This document shows, one piece after another, positions 20,379 through 29,757 of a DNA stretch of 64,000 bases; position 1 is the first letter of the stretch, and each line of letters opens with the position of its first letter. Source of the stretch: Candidatus Limivivens sp. (lineage in GTDB: Bacteria; Bacillota; Clostridia; Lachnospirales; Lachnospiraceae); NCBI GenBank assembly GCA_034101475.1, contig JAXEJQ010000092.1, positions 446-64,445 of the forward strand, given 5' to 3'. The notes under the pieces are model-generated. The model ran no database searches, had not been told where the DNA came from, and saw nothing but the letters and a program-made list of their open reading frames with translations. A program made the position numbers and the translations under genes.

Positions 20379-22475
20379 TCATACTTTTTTCAGAACAATT
20401 CCCATCCTGGGTCCCATATCGATCTCCAATTCACTGGCAGCCACCGGATATTCCTCACCCGACAGGCTGTAACCGCTGCGGTCTGTCCGAATCAGAGATT
20501 TCAGGACAGCGCCCCGTTCCACTCCCGCAGGCCACACCGGGATCACCAGATGCTTCGTCTCATCACTGTTGTTGAAAACCACAAGGATCTGATCCTCTTC
20601 CGAAAAGCGCGCATAGGCAATGCAGTGGCGTTCTCCGTAAAGAAAGCGCAGAGAGCCGTGGATCAGAACCGGATTCTGCTTGTGCACGCGGATCATTTCC
20701 CGATGATAGGAAATAAGCTCCTGATTCTCATGGCCCCAGGGATAGGTTCGGCGGTTGTCCGGGTCCGTGAAACCGCACACGCCGGCTTCATCTCCGTAAT
20801 AAATGGTGGGAGCGCCCGGCCAGGTCATCTGCATCATCACCGCCTCGCGCATCACATCCACATCCACACCCTCCGATGCCGCTGCATGGCCCAGCTCCGC
20901 CACCCGGCCAACCTTGTGATTGGTTCTGGTCAGAAAACGGGAATGGTCATGGTTCGACAGCTCATTCATGGCTGTCTGCAGGGACGGCGCCATAAAGCTG
21001 GACATATGATGGCTCATGGCTCCGATAAAGGTCTCATGATTTCCAAGAAGCCTTTCACTGTATTCATCGCTGTGCTTTTCCATACCGGTAAAAAACCAGG
21101 TCAGCGGCTCCATAAACGCATCGTAATTCATCACGGTATCCCACTCGTCCCCCTGAAGCCAGGAGCAGGCCTCTCCGTAATGCTCTGCCAGAATAATGGC
21201 ATTGGGATTGGCTTCCTTTACCACCCTTCGGAATTCCTTCCAGAACTTGTGGTTATATTCATTGGAAAATCCCAGATCCGCAGCCACGTCCAGCCGCCAG
21301 CCATCCAGGTTGTAAGGCGGAGACACCCACTTTTTCCCGATTTCCATGATGTACTCCACAAGCTTGGACGAATGCTCATATGCCAGCTTGGGAAGGGTGT
21401 CATGTCCCCACCAGCCATCGTAGTAGGGATTGTAGGGCCAGTCGTGCTCATTGTTGAATTTGAAAAAGCTGCGGTAAGGGCTGTCCGCGGAAATATAGGC
21501 GCCCTTCTCATAGCCCTGTTCCTTTTCATAAATCCGTTCCCGATCCAGCCATTTATTGAAGGAGCCGCAGTGATTGAAGACACCGTCCAGAATCACCTTC
21601 ATCCCCCGCTTGTGAGCAGCCTCCACCAGACGGATCAGAAGCTGATTGCTGGCCTCCAGATTTTCCGGATCCGTCACCCGGCAGATAAAACGGGTGGCAT
21701 GGCTGTTCTCCTTATCTCCCTCCCGCAGCAGCTCTCCGTTATCTTTCACAATCCTCCCGAAATGAGGATCCACATAGTCATAATCCTGAATATCATACTT
21801 ATGATTGGAGGGGGATACAAAAATCGGATTAAAATAAATCACATCCACGCCCAGATCCTGCAGATAATCCAGCTTCTCCAGAACCCCCTGCAAATCTCCT
21901 CCGTAAAATTCCCGGATTCCCATATATTCCGGACATTTGTCCCAGTCCTTCACTTTTCTCACATAGTCGTGAATATAACAATACTCCCGGTCCTCCACAT
22001 CATTTCCCGGGTCCCCGTTATAAAACCGATCCGTAAAAATCTGATACATCACGGCACCTTTGGCCCAGTCCGGTGTGGAGAATCCCGGCGCAATGGCAAA
22101 GCTGTAATATTCCTGCAAATCCCTGGACATTCCCCGCTTATTATAAAAGCAGCGGATCTTTCCTGCGCGGACTTCGAAATAATAACGGAAAATCTCCGTA
22201 TTCATAGGGATCTGAATCTGAAAATAATCAAAACGTCCCCGGGTCTTCTCATACTCCATACGCAGTCTGCTGGACCCACTGATCAGATACACCGCATCAA
22301 CATTATTCTTTCCCGCCCGAAACCGGATCGTCACTGTCTCGCCGGGCTTAGGCTCCATGGGGCTGACATAATTCTCTGTCTCGTCGCTGAAAAGTGCATT
22401 TGGCTGGAATACCGGCCGCATCTGCATGACATATTTCTGCACCTTCTGCAGATAGTCTATACTTGCTGGATTCAT
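20379..22475 (-). CDS. GH13 alpha-glycosidase (neopullulanase/cyclomaltodextrinase-like)
   Basis: DGVFNH, DGWRLDVA, AEHYG and NHD catalytic regions. Confidence 0.92.
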   Translation of the reverse strand: MNPASIDYLQKVQKYVMQMRPVFQPNALFSDETENYVSPMEPKPGETVTIRFRAGKNNVDAVYLISGSSRLRMEYEKTRGRFDYFQIQIPMNTEIFRYYFEVRAGKIRCFYNKRGMSRDLQEYYSFAIAPGFSTPDWAKGAVMYQIFTDRFYNGDPGNDVEDREYCYIHDYVRKVKDWDKCPEYMGIREFYGGDLQGVLEKLDYLQDLGVDVIYFNPIFVSPSNHKYDIQDYDYVDPHFGRIVKDNGELLREGDKENSHATRFICRVTDPENLEASNQLLIRLVEAAHKRGMKVILDGVFNHCGSFNKWLDRERIYEKEQGYEKGAYISADSPYRSFFKFNNEHDWPYNPYYDGWWGHDTLPKLAYEHSSKLVEYIMEIGKKWVSPPYNLDGWRLDVAADLGFSNEYNHKFWKEFRRVVKEANPNAIILAEHYGEACSWLQGDEWDTVMNYDAFMEPLTWFFTGMEKHSDEYSERLLGNHETFIGAMSHHMSSFMAPSLQTAMNELSNHDHSRFLTRTNHKVGRVAELGHAAASEGVDVDVMREAVMMQMTWPGAPTIYYGDEAGVCGFTDPDNRRTYPWGHENQELISYHREMIRVHKQNPVLIHGSLRFLYGERHCIAYARFSEEDQILVVFNNSDETKHLVIPVWPAGVERGAVLKSLIRTDRSGYSLSGEEYPVAASELEIDMGPRMGIVLKKV

Positions 22476-22515
22476 AAAATGCTCCTTTCCTTTCTCCTTT
22501 TTTTATTTTATGAGT

Positions 22516-22804
22516 TGCCCGACAAATGAGCCTTCCGTCGACTTTTCCGTGCTGCGCACTTCCAAAATCGACGAAAACATTCGCAATCCGCTCATTTTTC
22601 TGCGAAAAATGGCTGCTTGCTCATGTTTTGCGGGACCCATAGACATAAACCACGATGCGCTTGCGCATAAGTGGTTTTATAACTGATTGACCCGCCCCAA
22701 TATGAGGATAAAAGTGGGACGAACGTCCCACGATATCCGAATATTGGGCAGGATTGTGGGAGTGCGAAGCACGGAACAATCCGTATGGCATCTTTTGACC
22801 CCAA
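22516..22804. mobile_element. ~290-bp composite palindromic element (repeat family 1 ends plus internal hairpins), MITE/REPIN-like
   Basis: Ends 22516-22569 and 22746-22804 are imperfect inverted copies. Internal hairpins at 22572-22630, 22647-22677 and 22696-22749. Solo ends occur at 7136 and 11581. Confidence 0.6.
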
Positions 22805-22808
22805 GATC

Positions 22809-22837
22809 ATTTTATACCATCTGCCGAAAACGTACAA
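22809..22837 (-). promoter_or_regulatory. Candidate sigma-A promoter for the GH13 gene
   Basis: TTGTAC-17 bp-TAAAAT on the minus strand. Confidence 0.45.
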
Positions 22838-22890
22838 CCCCGGATTTACAGGAAACACCAGGGACGCCGGCTTTTCAGTTACATTGCATG

Positions 22891-22925
22891 AAAAAAAGGC
22901 AGGCCGTAAACGGCTGCCTTTCTTT
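22891..22925 (-). terminator. Rho-independent terminator after ftsH
   Basis: aaaaaaaggcaggccg-taaa-cggctgcctttcttt; A/T tracts on both sides. Confidence 0.7.
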
Positions 22926-23054
22926 CGGAGAAGGTATTTCTCTTATGGGGTGTAGCAAAAACTATATAATGTATTGGGGGGGTTTTACGATGATTATTAT
23001 AGCATCGCCCCCCATTTAAGTGTGCATAAACTTCACTAAATTTTCATTTTCATT

Positions 23055-24872
23055 TTATGCATTTTCTACAAAAAGGGCTTCAAACTCATCTCTTTCGACC
23101 TTTTCCTTCTCCACCAGAAGAGCCGCACATTTGTGAAGCACATCCATATGAGCCTGAATGCAGGCCTTCGCATCCGCGTAAGCCTGATCGATAATCCGCT
23201 TTACCTCCTCGTCGATGAGATTCTGGGTTTCCTCACCGAATCCCCGGGTGTGAGCCAGATCCCGCCCGATGAAAACTTCATCGTCATCGCTGCCGTAATG
23301 GATCATTCCCACTTTTTCAGACATGCCGTACTTGGTCACCATAGCCCGGGCAAGTCCGGTGGCCTGCTTGATATCCTGAGAAGCCCCGGTGGTCACATCC
23401 CCGAAAATCAGCTCCTCTGCCACCCGGCCTCCGAAGGAGACCTCAATATTCTGCAGCATCTGGTTTCTGGTATTGAACATCTCATCCTTTTCCGGCAGCG
23501 GCATGGTATAGCCTGCGGCTCCCATTCCCGTGGGGATAATGGAAATCGTATGCACAGGTCCCACATCCGGCAGCACATGGAACAGAATCGCGTGTCCCGC
23601 CTCATGATAGGCCGTAATCTTTTTCTCCTTTTCGGAAATGATCTTGCTCCGCTTCTCAGCGCCGATGCCGACCTTGACAAAGGAACGGTTGATGTCCTTC
23701 TGAATCACATAGCTCCTGCCGTCCTTGGCCGCATAGATGGCCGCCTCGTTCATCAGGTTCTCCAGATCGGCTCCCGTAAATCCGGCGGTGGTCTGGGCAA
23801 TCTGCTTCAGGTCCACATCATCCCCCAGGGGCTTGCCCTTGGCGTGCACCCGCAGGATCTCCTCTCTGCCCCGGATATCCGGTTTCCCAACGCCTACCTT
23901 CCGGTCAAACCGTCCCGGCCGGAGAATGGCCGGATCCAGAATATCCACCCGGTTGGTGGCAGACATAACAATGATGCCCTCATTAAAGCCGAAGCCGTCC
24001 ATCTCAACCAGCAGCTGGTTCAGGGTCTGCTCCCGCTCATCATGTCCGCCGCCCATACCGGTTCCTCTTCTTCTGGCAACCGCATCGATCTCATCAATAA
24101 AAATAATACAGGGGGCATTCTTCTTTGCCTCCGCAAAAAGGTCACGGACACGGGAGGCTCCCACACCCACAAACATCTCAACAAAATCAGAACCGGAAAT
24201 ACTGAAAAACGGAACACCTGCTTCTCCGGCCACTGCCTTGGCCAGAAGGGTCTTGCCGGTTCCCGGAGGGCCCACCAGCAGCACGCCCTTTGGAATCCTG
24301 GCTCCGACCTGCAGATATTTTTTCGGATTTTTCAGAAAATCCACAATCTCCTGTAGATCTTCCTTCTCTTCCTGAAGACCTGCCACATCCTTAAAGGTGA
24401 CCTTTTTGGAATTAGGATTCATCATGACGGCCCGGCTCTTGCCGAAATTCATCATTTTATTATTTCCGCCGCCGGCAGCCTGCCGGTTCATAAACGCAAA
24501 CATGGCTACAAACAGCATCCCCATCAGAAGAATGGGCAGAACCGTCGTCAGAAAAATACTTTCTTTTTCGATGTCATAGCGATAGTTGGTAATATCTCTG
24601 GCATTCAGCCACTGTTCTGCTTCCTTTACATCGGAAACATTGACCGTCTTGATCGTTCCGTCCTTCATGTAAACCAGCAGACGTCCGGTGGGCACCTGGG
24701 CATTGGGATGGATGTCAACCTTCGTCACCATCTCCGCCTCCACGGCTTTCACAAAATCATTGTAGCTGTATGCTTCTCTGGGTGTAAATCCATTTTTAAA
24801 GACCAGATACAGCAGTATAATCACAAGGCCTGCCATCAGGTAAGCACTCAGATTTTTCGAGTTCCTGTTCAA
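23055..24872 (-). CDS. ftsH: ATP-dependent zinc metalloprotease FtsH
   Basis: Two TM helices, GPPGTGKT Walker A, IIFIDEID Walker B, RPGRFDR SRH motif, HEAGH zinc motif. Confidence 0.98.
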   Translation of the reverse strand: MNRNSKNLSAYLMAGLVIILLYLVFKNGFTPREAYSYNDFVKAVEAEMVTKVDIHPNAQVPTGRLLVYMKDGTIKTVNVSDVKEAEQWLNARDITNYRYDIEKESIFLTTVLPILLMGMLFVAMFAFMNRQAAGGGNNKMMNFGKSRAVMMNPNSKKVTFKDVAGLQEEKEDLQEIVDFLKNPKKYLQVGARIPKGVLLVGPPGTGKTLLAKAVAGEAGVPFFSISGSDFVEMFVGVGASRVRDLFAEAKKNAPCIIFIDEIDAVARRRGTGMGGGHDEREQTLNQLLVEMDGFGFNEGIIVMSATNRVDILDPAILRPGRFDRKVGVGKPDIRGREEILRVHAKGKPLGDDVDLKQIAQTTAGFTGADLENLMNEAAIYAAKDGRSYVIQKDINRSFVKVGIGAEKRSKIISEKEKKITAYHEAGHAILFHVLPDVGPVHTISIIPTGMGAAGYTMPLPEKDEMFNTRNQMLQNIEVSFGGRVAEELIFGDVTTGASQDIKQATGLARAMVTKYGMSEKVGMIHYGSDDDEVFIGRDLAHTRGFGEETQNLIDEEVKRIIDQAYADAKACIQAHMDVLHKCAALLVEKEKVERDEFEALFVENA

Positions 24873-24928
24873 TTGTAATCCCCTTTCTCTGCCCGGCGGT
24901 TCTCTTTTTCTGCCGCTCCGGCTCGTAA

Positions 24929-25453
24929 TTATTCGACCTCAACAACTCCGATAAACGGAAGATTGCGGTACTTCTGCGCATAGTCCAGGCCATAGCCGAC
25001 TACAAATTCATCGGGAATATTAAAGCCCACATAATCCACCTTGACCTCCGTCACCCGGCGCTCCGGCTTATCCAGCAGGGTACACAGTGCCATGCTCTTG
25101 GGCTTTCTCTCCTTCAGAATCTGAATCAGATAGCTGAGGGTGCGTCCGGAGTCGATAATATCCTCCACAATCAGCACATTTTTCCCTTCCAGCGGTTCAT
25201 CCAGATCCTTTACAATTTTCACAACGCCGCTGGATTTCGTATCTGCCCCGTAGCTGCTCACGGACATGAAGTCCAGAGACACCGGAACCGTGATCCGCTT
25301 TGCCAGCTCGCAGGTAAAAAACACGCCGCCCTTTAACACACAGATCAGATGAACAGACTCTCCCGCATAGTCCTCACTGATTTTCTTCCCAAGCTCGGCA
25401 ATTTTCCTGTCTACCTCTTCTTCGCTGAGTAATACACGAATCTTATCTTCCAT
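24929..25453 (-). CDS. hpt: Hypoxanthine phosphoribosyltransferase
   Basis: VLIVEDIIDSGRTL PRPP motif, DEFVVGYGLD; tilS-hpt-ftsH synteny. Confidence 0.98.
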   Translation of the reverse strand: MEDKIRVLLSEEEVDRKIAELGKKISEDYAGESVHLICVLKGGVFFTCELAKRITVPVSLDFMSVSSYGADTKSSGVVKIVKDLDEPLEGKNVLIVEDIIDSGRTLSYLIQILKERKPKSMALCTLLDKPERRVTEVKVDYVGFNIPDEFVVGYGLDYAQKYRNLPFIGVVEVE

Positions 25454-26951
25454 GCTCTACCTCCCGGATTTGTACCTTTAAAATATTTTTCGTATGACTG
25501 GTTACCTTAAACGATTCGCTGATTCTCCCTCCGATCACCCAGAGAATCTGGCTTCCCGATGCCAGAAGCACTGTCTGGCTTCTCTGCTCCAGGGGGATCT
25601 TCTCATCAATAAAATATTGCTTTAATTTTTTTCTTCTGCAGTCCGGAGCTATGGTCAGATAGTCCCCCGGTCTGCGGTTTCGCAATTGAATCGTATCTTT
25701 TATTGTATCATAATCAAACCATTTCGTATACTTCTTTTCTGGAATTATTTCATTTTTTGCCGATTCCAGAAGGGTTTTCACCACATAATTTCCGTATCGG
25801 ACCTCCCCCGGCACCGAAAGCGTAAGTACTCCCGGCTCCTTTTCCGGCTCCTTTTCCGGTTCTTTTTCCGTTTTTTTTCTGCTGTGCAGGACATACCGTT
25901 CTCCCAGGATCAGGGCTTCCAGATTCCCGGGAAGGTTTTCCAGTCTCTTTCCCGACTGACGCGCCGCCAGCGCCTTCATGCTCTCCAGATGAACAGCCTG
26001 AAGGTTTTTCCTGCCGGCTCCCAGTCTCTCCAATGCCTCCTGCAAAATAAAATCCTGAAGCACCGGATCGGCTTCACGGAACTTTTTCACCGGAAACGCA
26101 ATTTCCCGTGGCGTTTCTTCTTTCTGTAAAGCGTCCGTTTTTCCTGAGGATTCCTTTTTCTCCGGAGCTTCCGTTTTCCCTGAGGGTTCGTTTTTCTCCG
26201 GAGCGTACGCTTTCCCTGAGGATTCGTTTTCATCCAGCCATTTTTTTCCCTGACCGGCTAAATAACAGAAGATCTGATCCAGCCGTTCCCCGGCCTCTCC
26301 GATATGACGGACCGCCTGGGCATTTGCCCCGGTCAGAGCCGGAATCACCTGATGGCGCAACCGGTTTCTGGTATAGTCCAGGGAAGCATTTGTTCTGTCT
26401 ATCCTCCATGATATCCCATTTTCCCGAAGATATGCCTCGATTTCTTCTCTGGTCACATACAGCAGAGGACGGAGGATTCTGCCCCGAACCGGACGCATTC
26501 CGCACAGTCCCGCAATTCCGCTCCCTCTCGCCAGATTCCAGAGGATCGTTTCCGCCTGGTCCCCTGCATTGTGAGCCACCGCGATCTTTCCCTTTTCCCC
26601 TGCCGCCTCTGAAAAAGCGGCATACCGCGCCTGTCTCCCTGCCTCCTCCAGCGTCATCTTTTCCCTGGCAGCCAGAGCAGGCACGTCACAGGACACACAC
26701 AGAAAGGGGATATTCCAGCTTTCACAGAGCTCCCTCACAAATTCTGCGTCTGCCAGACTGTCCCCGCCCCGGATTCCATGCTCCACATGAACGGCCTGCA
26801 GGCGGATCTCCAGCTCTTTATGAAGCTCCAGGTACTGTTTCAACACAAAAAGGAGGCATACCGAATCTGCGCCTCCCGATACGCCTGCCGTAATCTGATC
26901 GCCTGCCTCCAGCATCTGGCAGGCCTCTATTGTCTCAAATACTTTTTCCAT
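25443..26951 (-). CDS. tilS: tRNA(Ile)-lysidine synthetase with two repeat insertions
   Basis: GVSGGADS PP-loop, VHVEHGIR, AHNAGDQAET, RPLL, NRLRH. Start at MEKVFE (26951, GGGAG RBS). Confidence 0.95.
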   Translation of the reverse strand: MEKVFETIEACQMLEAGDQITAGVSGGADSVCLLFVLKQYLELHKELEIRLQAVHVEHGIRGGDSLADAEFVRELCESWNIPFLCVSCDVPALAAREKMTLEEAGRQARYAAFSEAAGEKGKIAVAHNAGDQAETILWNLARGSGIAGLCGMRPVRGRILRPLLYVTREEIEAYLRENGISWRIDRTNASLDYTRNRLRHQVIPALTGANAQAVRHIGEAGERLDQIFCYLAGQGKKWLDENESSGKAYAPEKNEPSGKTEAPEKKESSGKTDALQKEETPREIAFPVKKFREADPVLQDFILQEALERLGAGRKNLQAVHLESMKALAARQSGKRLENLPGNLEALILGERYVLHSRKKTEKEPEKEPEKEPGVLTLSVPGEVRYGNYVVKTLLESAKNEIIPEKKYTKWFDYDTIKDTIQLRNRRPGDYLTIAPDCRRKKLKQYFIDEKIPLEQRSQTVLLASGSQILWVIGGRISESFKVTSHTKNILKVQIREVEHGR

Positions 26952-26978
26952 CTGTACTGCTCCCGGCTTTCCTCTTTC

Positions 26979-27048
26979 CTCTGACCTCTGATCTCTGATC
27001 TCTGATCTCTGATCTCCGATCTCCGATCTCTGACTTATGACCTGTGAC
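26979..27048. repeat. Heptamer tandem repeat (CTCTGAT)n, 10 imperfect units
   Basis: ctctgac, ctctgat x4, ctccgat x2, ctctgac, ttatgac, ctgtgac in the tilS leader. Confidence 0.92.
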
Positions 27049-27096
27049 ATGCGGCACGCTTTATACATTTCAGGTTTTGCGTGAGCAATTATCCTT

Positions 27097-27125
27097 ACTA
27101 TAATGAATCCCGGAGGAAAAAGCAA
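27097..27125 (-). promoter_or_regulatory. Candidate sigma-A promoter for tilS-hpt-ftsH
   Basis: TTGCTT-17 bp-TATAGT on the minus strand; an overlapping plus-strand TTGCGT-16-TATAAT also exists (27077-27104). Confidence 0.45.
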
Positions 27126-27161
27126 GGGGTGGGGGAAAAAAGATGCCGCTCAGGACAGTTC

Positions 27162-27501
27162 GGCTTTGCGGCAGTGCTGAATTCTGAGATATCAGGCGGA
27201 CGCCCCAGGGGCCGAAGACAGATCCCGGGACACGCTGCGTTTCCTGCTCGGGCCGCGCGCCGCTGGATCATAACACAGTTCCCTCGCGCCATTCGCAAAA
27301 CGTGCCTTCGGCACTTTCCACTGCATACGCAGCTCACATTCCCCAATGCCAGATGTTCTCTGTGCCTCCGGCTCAGACAGACGCTCGGTGGCGGCAGCTG
27401 GCGCAGCCCTCCCGACGGAAGCCTCGCTATCGTCACCGGGACTCTGTTCTTCGGCCTCTGCGGCTGTCGCCTGTTTTCTCATTCATCAAACCGCAAAAGC
27501 C
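27162..27501. mobile_element. Repeat family 2 element: ~70-bp imperfect inverted arms around a core shared with 55389-55738
   Basis: Arms 27162-27234 and 27431-27501. Core modules 27229-27335 and 27362-27436 are nearly identical to 55389-55495 and 55664-55738. Confidence 0.7.
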
Positions 27502-27572
27502 AATGAGCTTCGCTTCTGCAGAGTGCCGAGGCAGAAGAACCAGCGATACCCCTGCATACAGAGATCAAGGGG

Positions 27573-28967
27573 CTATCGCTCCCAGAAGCCGCCGACCAGA
27601 ACCGTCATATCATCCACAGCCCTGCTTTCGCCCCGGTTCAGGACCTGCTGCAGAAGATTCTTTGCCATTTCACCCGCACTGGCGGTTTCCTGGCTGCGGA
27701 TCAGTTCTTTCATGATTTCCTCTGATTCTGTGGGCGGCAGAGCGTCCAGAACGCCGTCGGACACCATTACAATGAAGTCTCCCGGCTCCAGCTGTTTTCT
27801 GGTGCATTCCAGGTCAATCTCCTCCAGAATGCCCATGGGCGTGCTGGTGGAAACAATAGACTCCACCCAGTCATTTTTCCGCAAAAAGGTGGTGGAGGCT
27901 CCGATTTTCAAAAATTCGCATTCTCCGCTAAATAAATTAACCGTGCACAAATCCACGGAAGAAAAGCTGCTGTTATCCTGCAGCATCAGAGCCGCATGAA
28001 TCATCCGCACGGCTGTTTCCTTGGAAAATCCTGCTTCCAGGAACTGCTCCAGGAGCTCAATCACCCGTTCACTCTCCAGACAGGCATCCGGTCCGGAGCC
28101 CATCCCGTCGGAAATACTCAGAATCATCTGTCCATTATCCCGGCGGAAAATGGAAAAATTGTCACCGGAGATCACCTCTCCCTCCCGGGTCGTCCGCGCC
28201 ACGCCGCCAAGCATCTTGTAAGCAGGCTCCGGAGTAAAACAGACCGTGCTGTATTCCCGATTGATAATCATTCTGCTGTCAAAGGCCGGAACCATTTCCT
28301 GACCAAAATAGCCGGACAACCACCAGGCCGCTTCCTTCACCGGAATGCACCGGCTTCTTCTGGAGGTCCGAATCGTCAGATACAGTTCAAACCAGTTCTC
28401 GTCCTTTTCAAACATCCAGGCTTCCAGCACCTGCAGGCCATGACTGCGCAGCCCTGCTTCAATCTGGTACCGCTTCAGGCCCTCCAGACGCTTCATATCA
28501 TAGACGGAACCGGCTGCCCGGCGGATAATCGCCGCTGTCTGCTCCATTTGCTCCACCATGGCAAGGCGGGTCTCCAGAAGCCGGTTGCTCCACATCAGAT
28601 TCAGCCTTGCCCGCCGGAAGCTTTCCATCACCGCATCCTCCAGACGGATCCGATGCAGGCACCGGTCCCAGAATTCCGCGTTTTCATCTGCCTGGGCGCT
28701 CTCCGTTTCCGCTGCGTCCAGAAAGCCGTAAATTTGCCGGTAGGTCCGATAATAATACTTATCCCAGCAGATTTCCCTTCTTTTGCAGGTGCTGCATACC
28801 GTTTCCCGGACATCCCGGAATATTTCCTCCACTTCCTCCCTGGAAAGCTGTTCCCTTTTTGCCGGCATCCGCCGGAATGTATTGGATAAATTCTGAAACG
28901 CCTGAGCGTAGCCCTCCAGCCGCGCCCGCCCGGGCTCCAGAACCGCCGTATCAAAATACTCCCCCAT
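27573..28967 (-). CDS. spoIIE: SpoIIE-family PP2C phosphatase lacking the N-terminal membrane domain
   Basis: VCSTCKRREICW and C-rich regulatory region; SGDNF, ISDGMGSG and SDGVLD...DDMTV PP2C motifs; divIC-...-tilS synteny. Start at MGEYFD (28967, AAGGAGG RBS). Confidence 0.82.
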   Translation of the reverse strand: MGEYFDTAVLEPGRARLEGYAQAFQNLSNTFRRMPAKREQLSREEVEEIFRDVRETVCSTCKRREICWDKYYYRTYRQIYGFLDAAETESAQADENAEFWDRCLHRIRLEDAVMESFRRARLNLMWSNRLLETRLAMVEQMEQTAAIIRRAAGSVYDMKRLEGLKRYQIEAGLRSHGLQVLEAWMFEKDENWFELYLTIRTSRRSRCIPVKEAAWWLSGYFGQEMVPAFDSRMIINREYSTVCFTPEPAYKMLGGVARTTREGEVISGDNFSIFRRDNGQMILSISDGMGSGPDACLESERVIELLEQFLEAGFSKETAVRMIHAALMLQDNSSFSSVDLCTVNLFSGECEFLKIGASTTFLRKNDWVESIVSTSTPMGILEEIDLECTRKQLEPGDFIVMVSDGVLDALPPTESEEIMKELIRSQETASAGEMAKNLLQQVLNRGESRAVDDMTVLVGGFWER

Positions 28968-29006
28968 ATGCCCCTCCTTACACCACTGAACTGGATCTGA
29001 AACCTT

Positions 29007-29057
29007 ATTATAAGACAGATCGAATGCAAATCCTGTCAAATGGAAGACGATTCCGAA
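29007..29057 (-). promoter_or_regulatory. spoIIE-type Spo0A-dependent promoter
   Basis: TTGACA-21 bp-TATAAT, the unusual spacing known for B. subtilis spoIIE. 0A-box-like TGTCAAA (29034-29040, over the -35) and TTCCGAA (29051-29057). Confidence 0.7.
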
Positions 29058-29071
29058 ATTTTTCCCACCGC

Positions 29072-29120
29072 AAAAACAGAGGGCTGCCGCACTCCTGCGG
29101 CAGCCCCTGCTGCTTTTGTT
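29072..29120. terminator. Terminator upstream of the spoIIE promoter
   Basis: gggctgccgc-actcct-gcggcagccc with flanking A/T runs. Confidence 0.65.
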
Positions 29121-29682
29121 AATCTTCTTTCTGCTCATTTCTGTCTGGCAATAGCGTGCCGCAGTACTGGCACTTTGCGATCCAGCCGATGCGCACCATA
29201 TTTTCCGCTCCACAATTGGGACAATATACTCTCTGATACCAGTCTTCCTTCATATGTTCGCTGACCACTGACAGCTGAATCTCCCTTTTTCCTTCGTCAT
29301 ACACCAGATTTTTCAGATACCTTTTCCTGATAAGACGTTGGACCTTCCGATCCAGCTTCGTCATGCCAAGCGCTTTTTCCAGACTCGCAATCGGCACCTT
29401 CGGATTCGAGCTCAGTCGCAGCTGCTCCGCAATACGGCTGGCTGCAGAGCTGTCTCTGTTCCGAAATACCGGTCCCAAAGTTCCCTTCCAAAAACATAAG
29501 AACGCAGGAACAAGAATGATAACGGACGCTAAAACCTCTGTTATTGTAAAACTCTCAATCGTTGAAAACACGCTCTCTACCAGAAGGACTCCAAGAACTC
29601 CCAGCAATACCATCCGCATGATATCCTTTCCACTATATCCAAATCTTACTTTTTCTGTCAGGTATTCCGAACGCTGATCCAT
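29119..29682 (-). CDS. Hypothetical membrane protein with C-terminal zinc ribbon
   Basis: Two N-terminal hydrophobic segments, a basic helical region, CPNC...CQYC. Start uncertain (29682 or 29700). Confidence 0.7.
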   Translation of the reverse strand: MDQRSEYLTEKVRFGYSGKDIMRMVLLGVLGVLLVESVFSTIESFTITEVLASVIILVPAFLCFWKGTLGPVFRNRDSSAASRIAEQLRLSSNPKVPIASLEKALGMTKLDRKVQRLIRKRYLKNLVYDEGKREIQLSVVSEHMKEDWYQRVYCPNCGAENMVRIGWIAKCQYCGTLLPDRNEQKED

Positions 29683-29757
29683 TTTCCTAATCCCCTCCAA
29701 TAGAAACTCCTGATTCTTTTTCCTCCAAGCCGAGGAAACATTCGCTTTTCAATGCTT

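Noticed and set aside
27081-27715. ORFs over repeat family 2 (also 55198-55893 and 22592-23019)
   Set aside because: They translate palindromic or tandem repeats, recur wherever the repeat does, and show no transposase or other motif.
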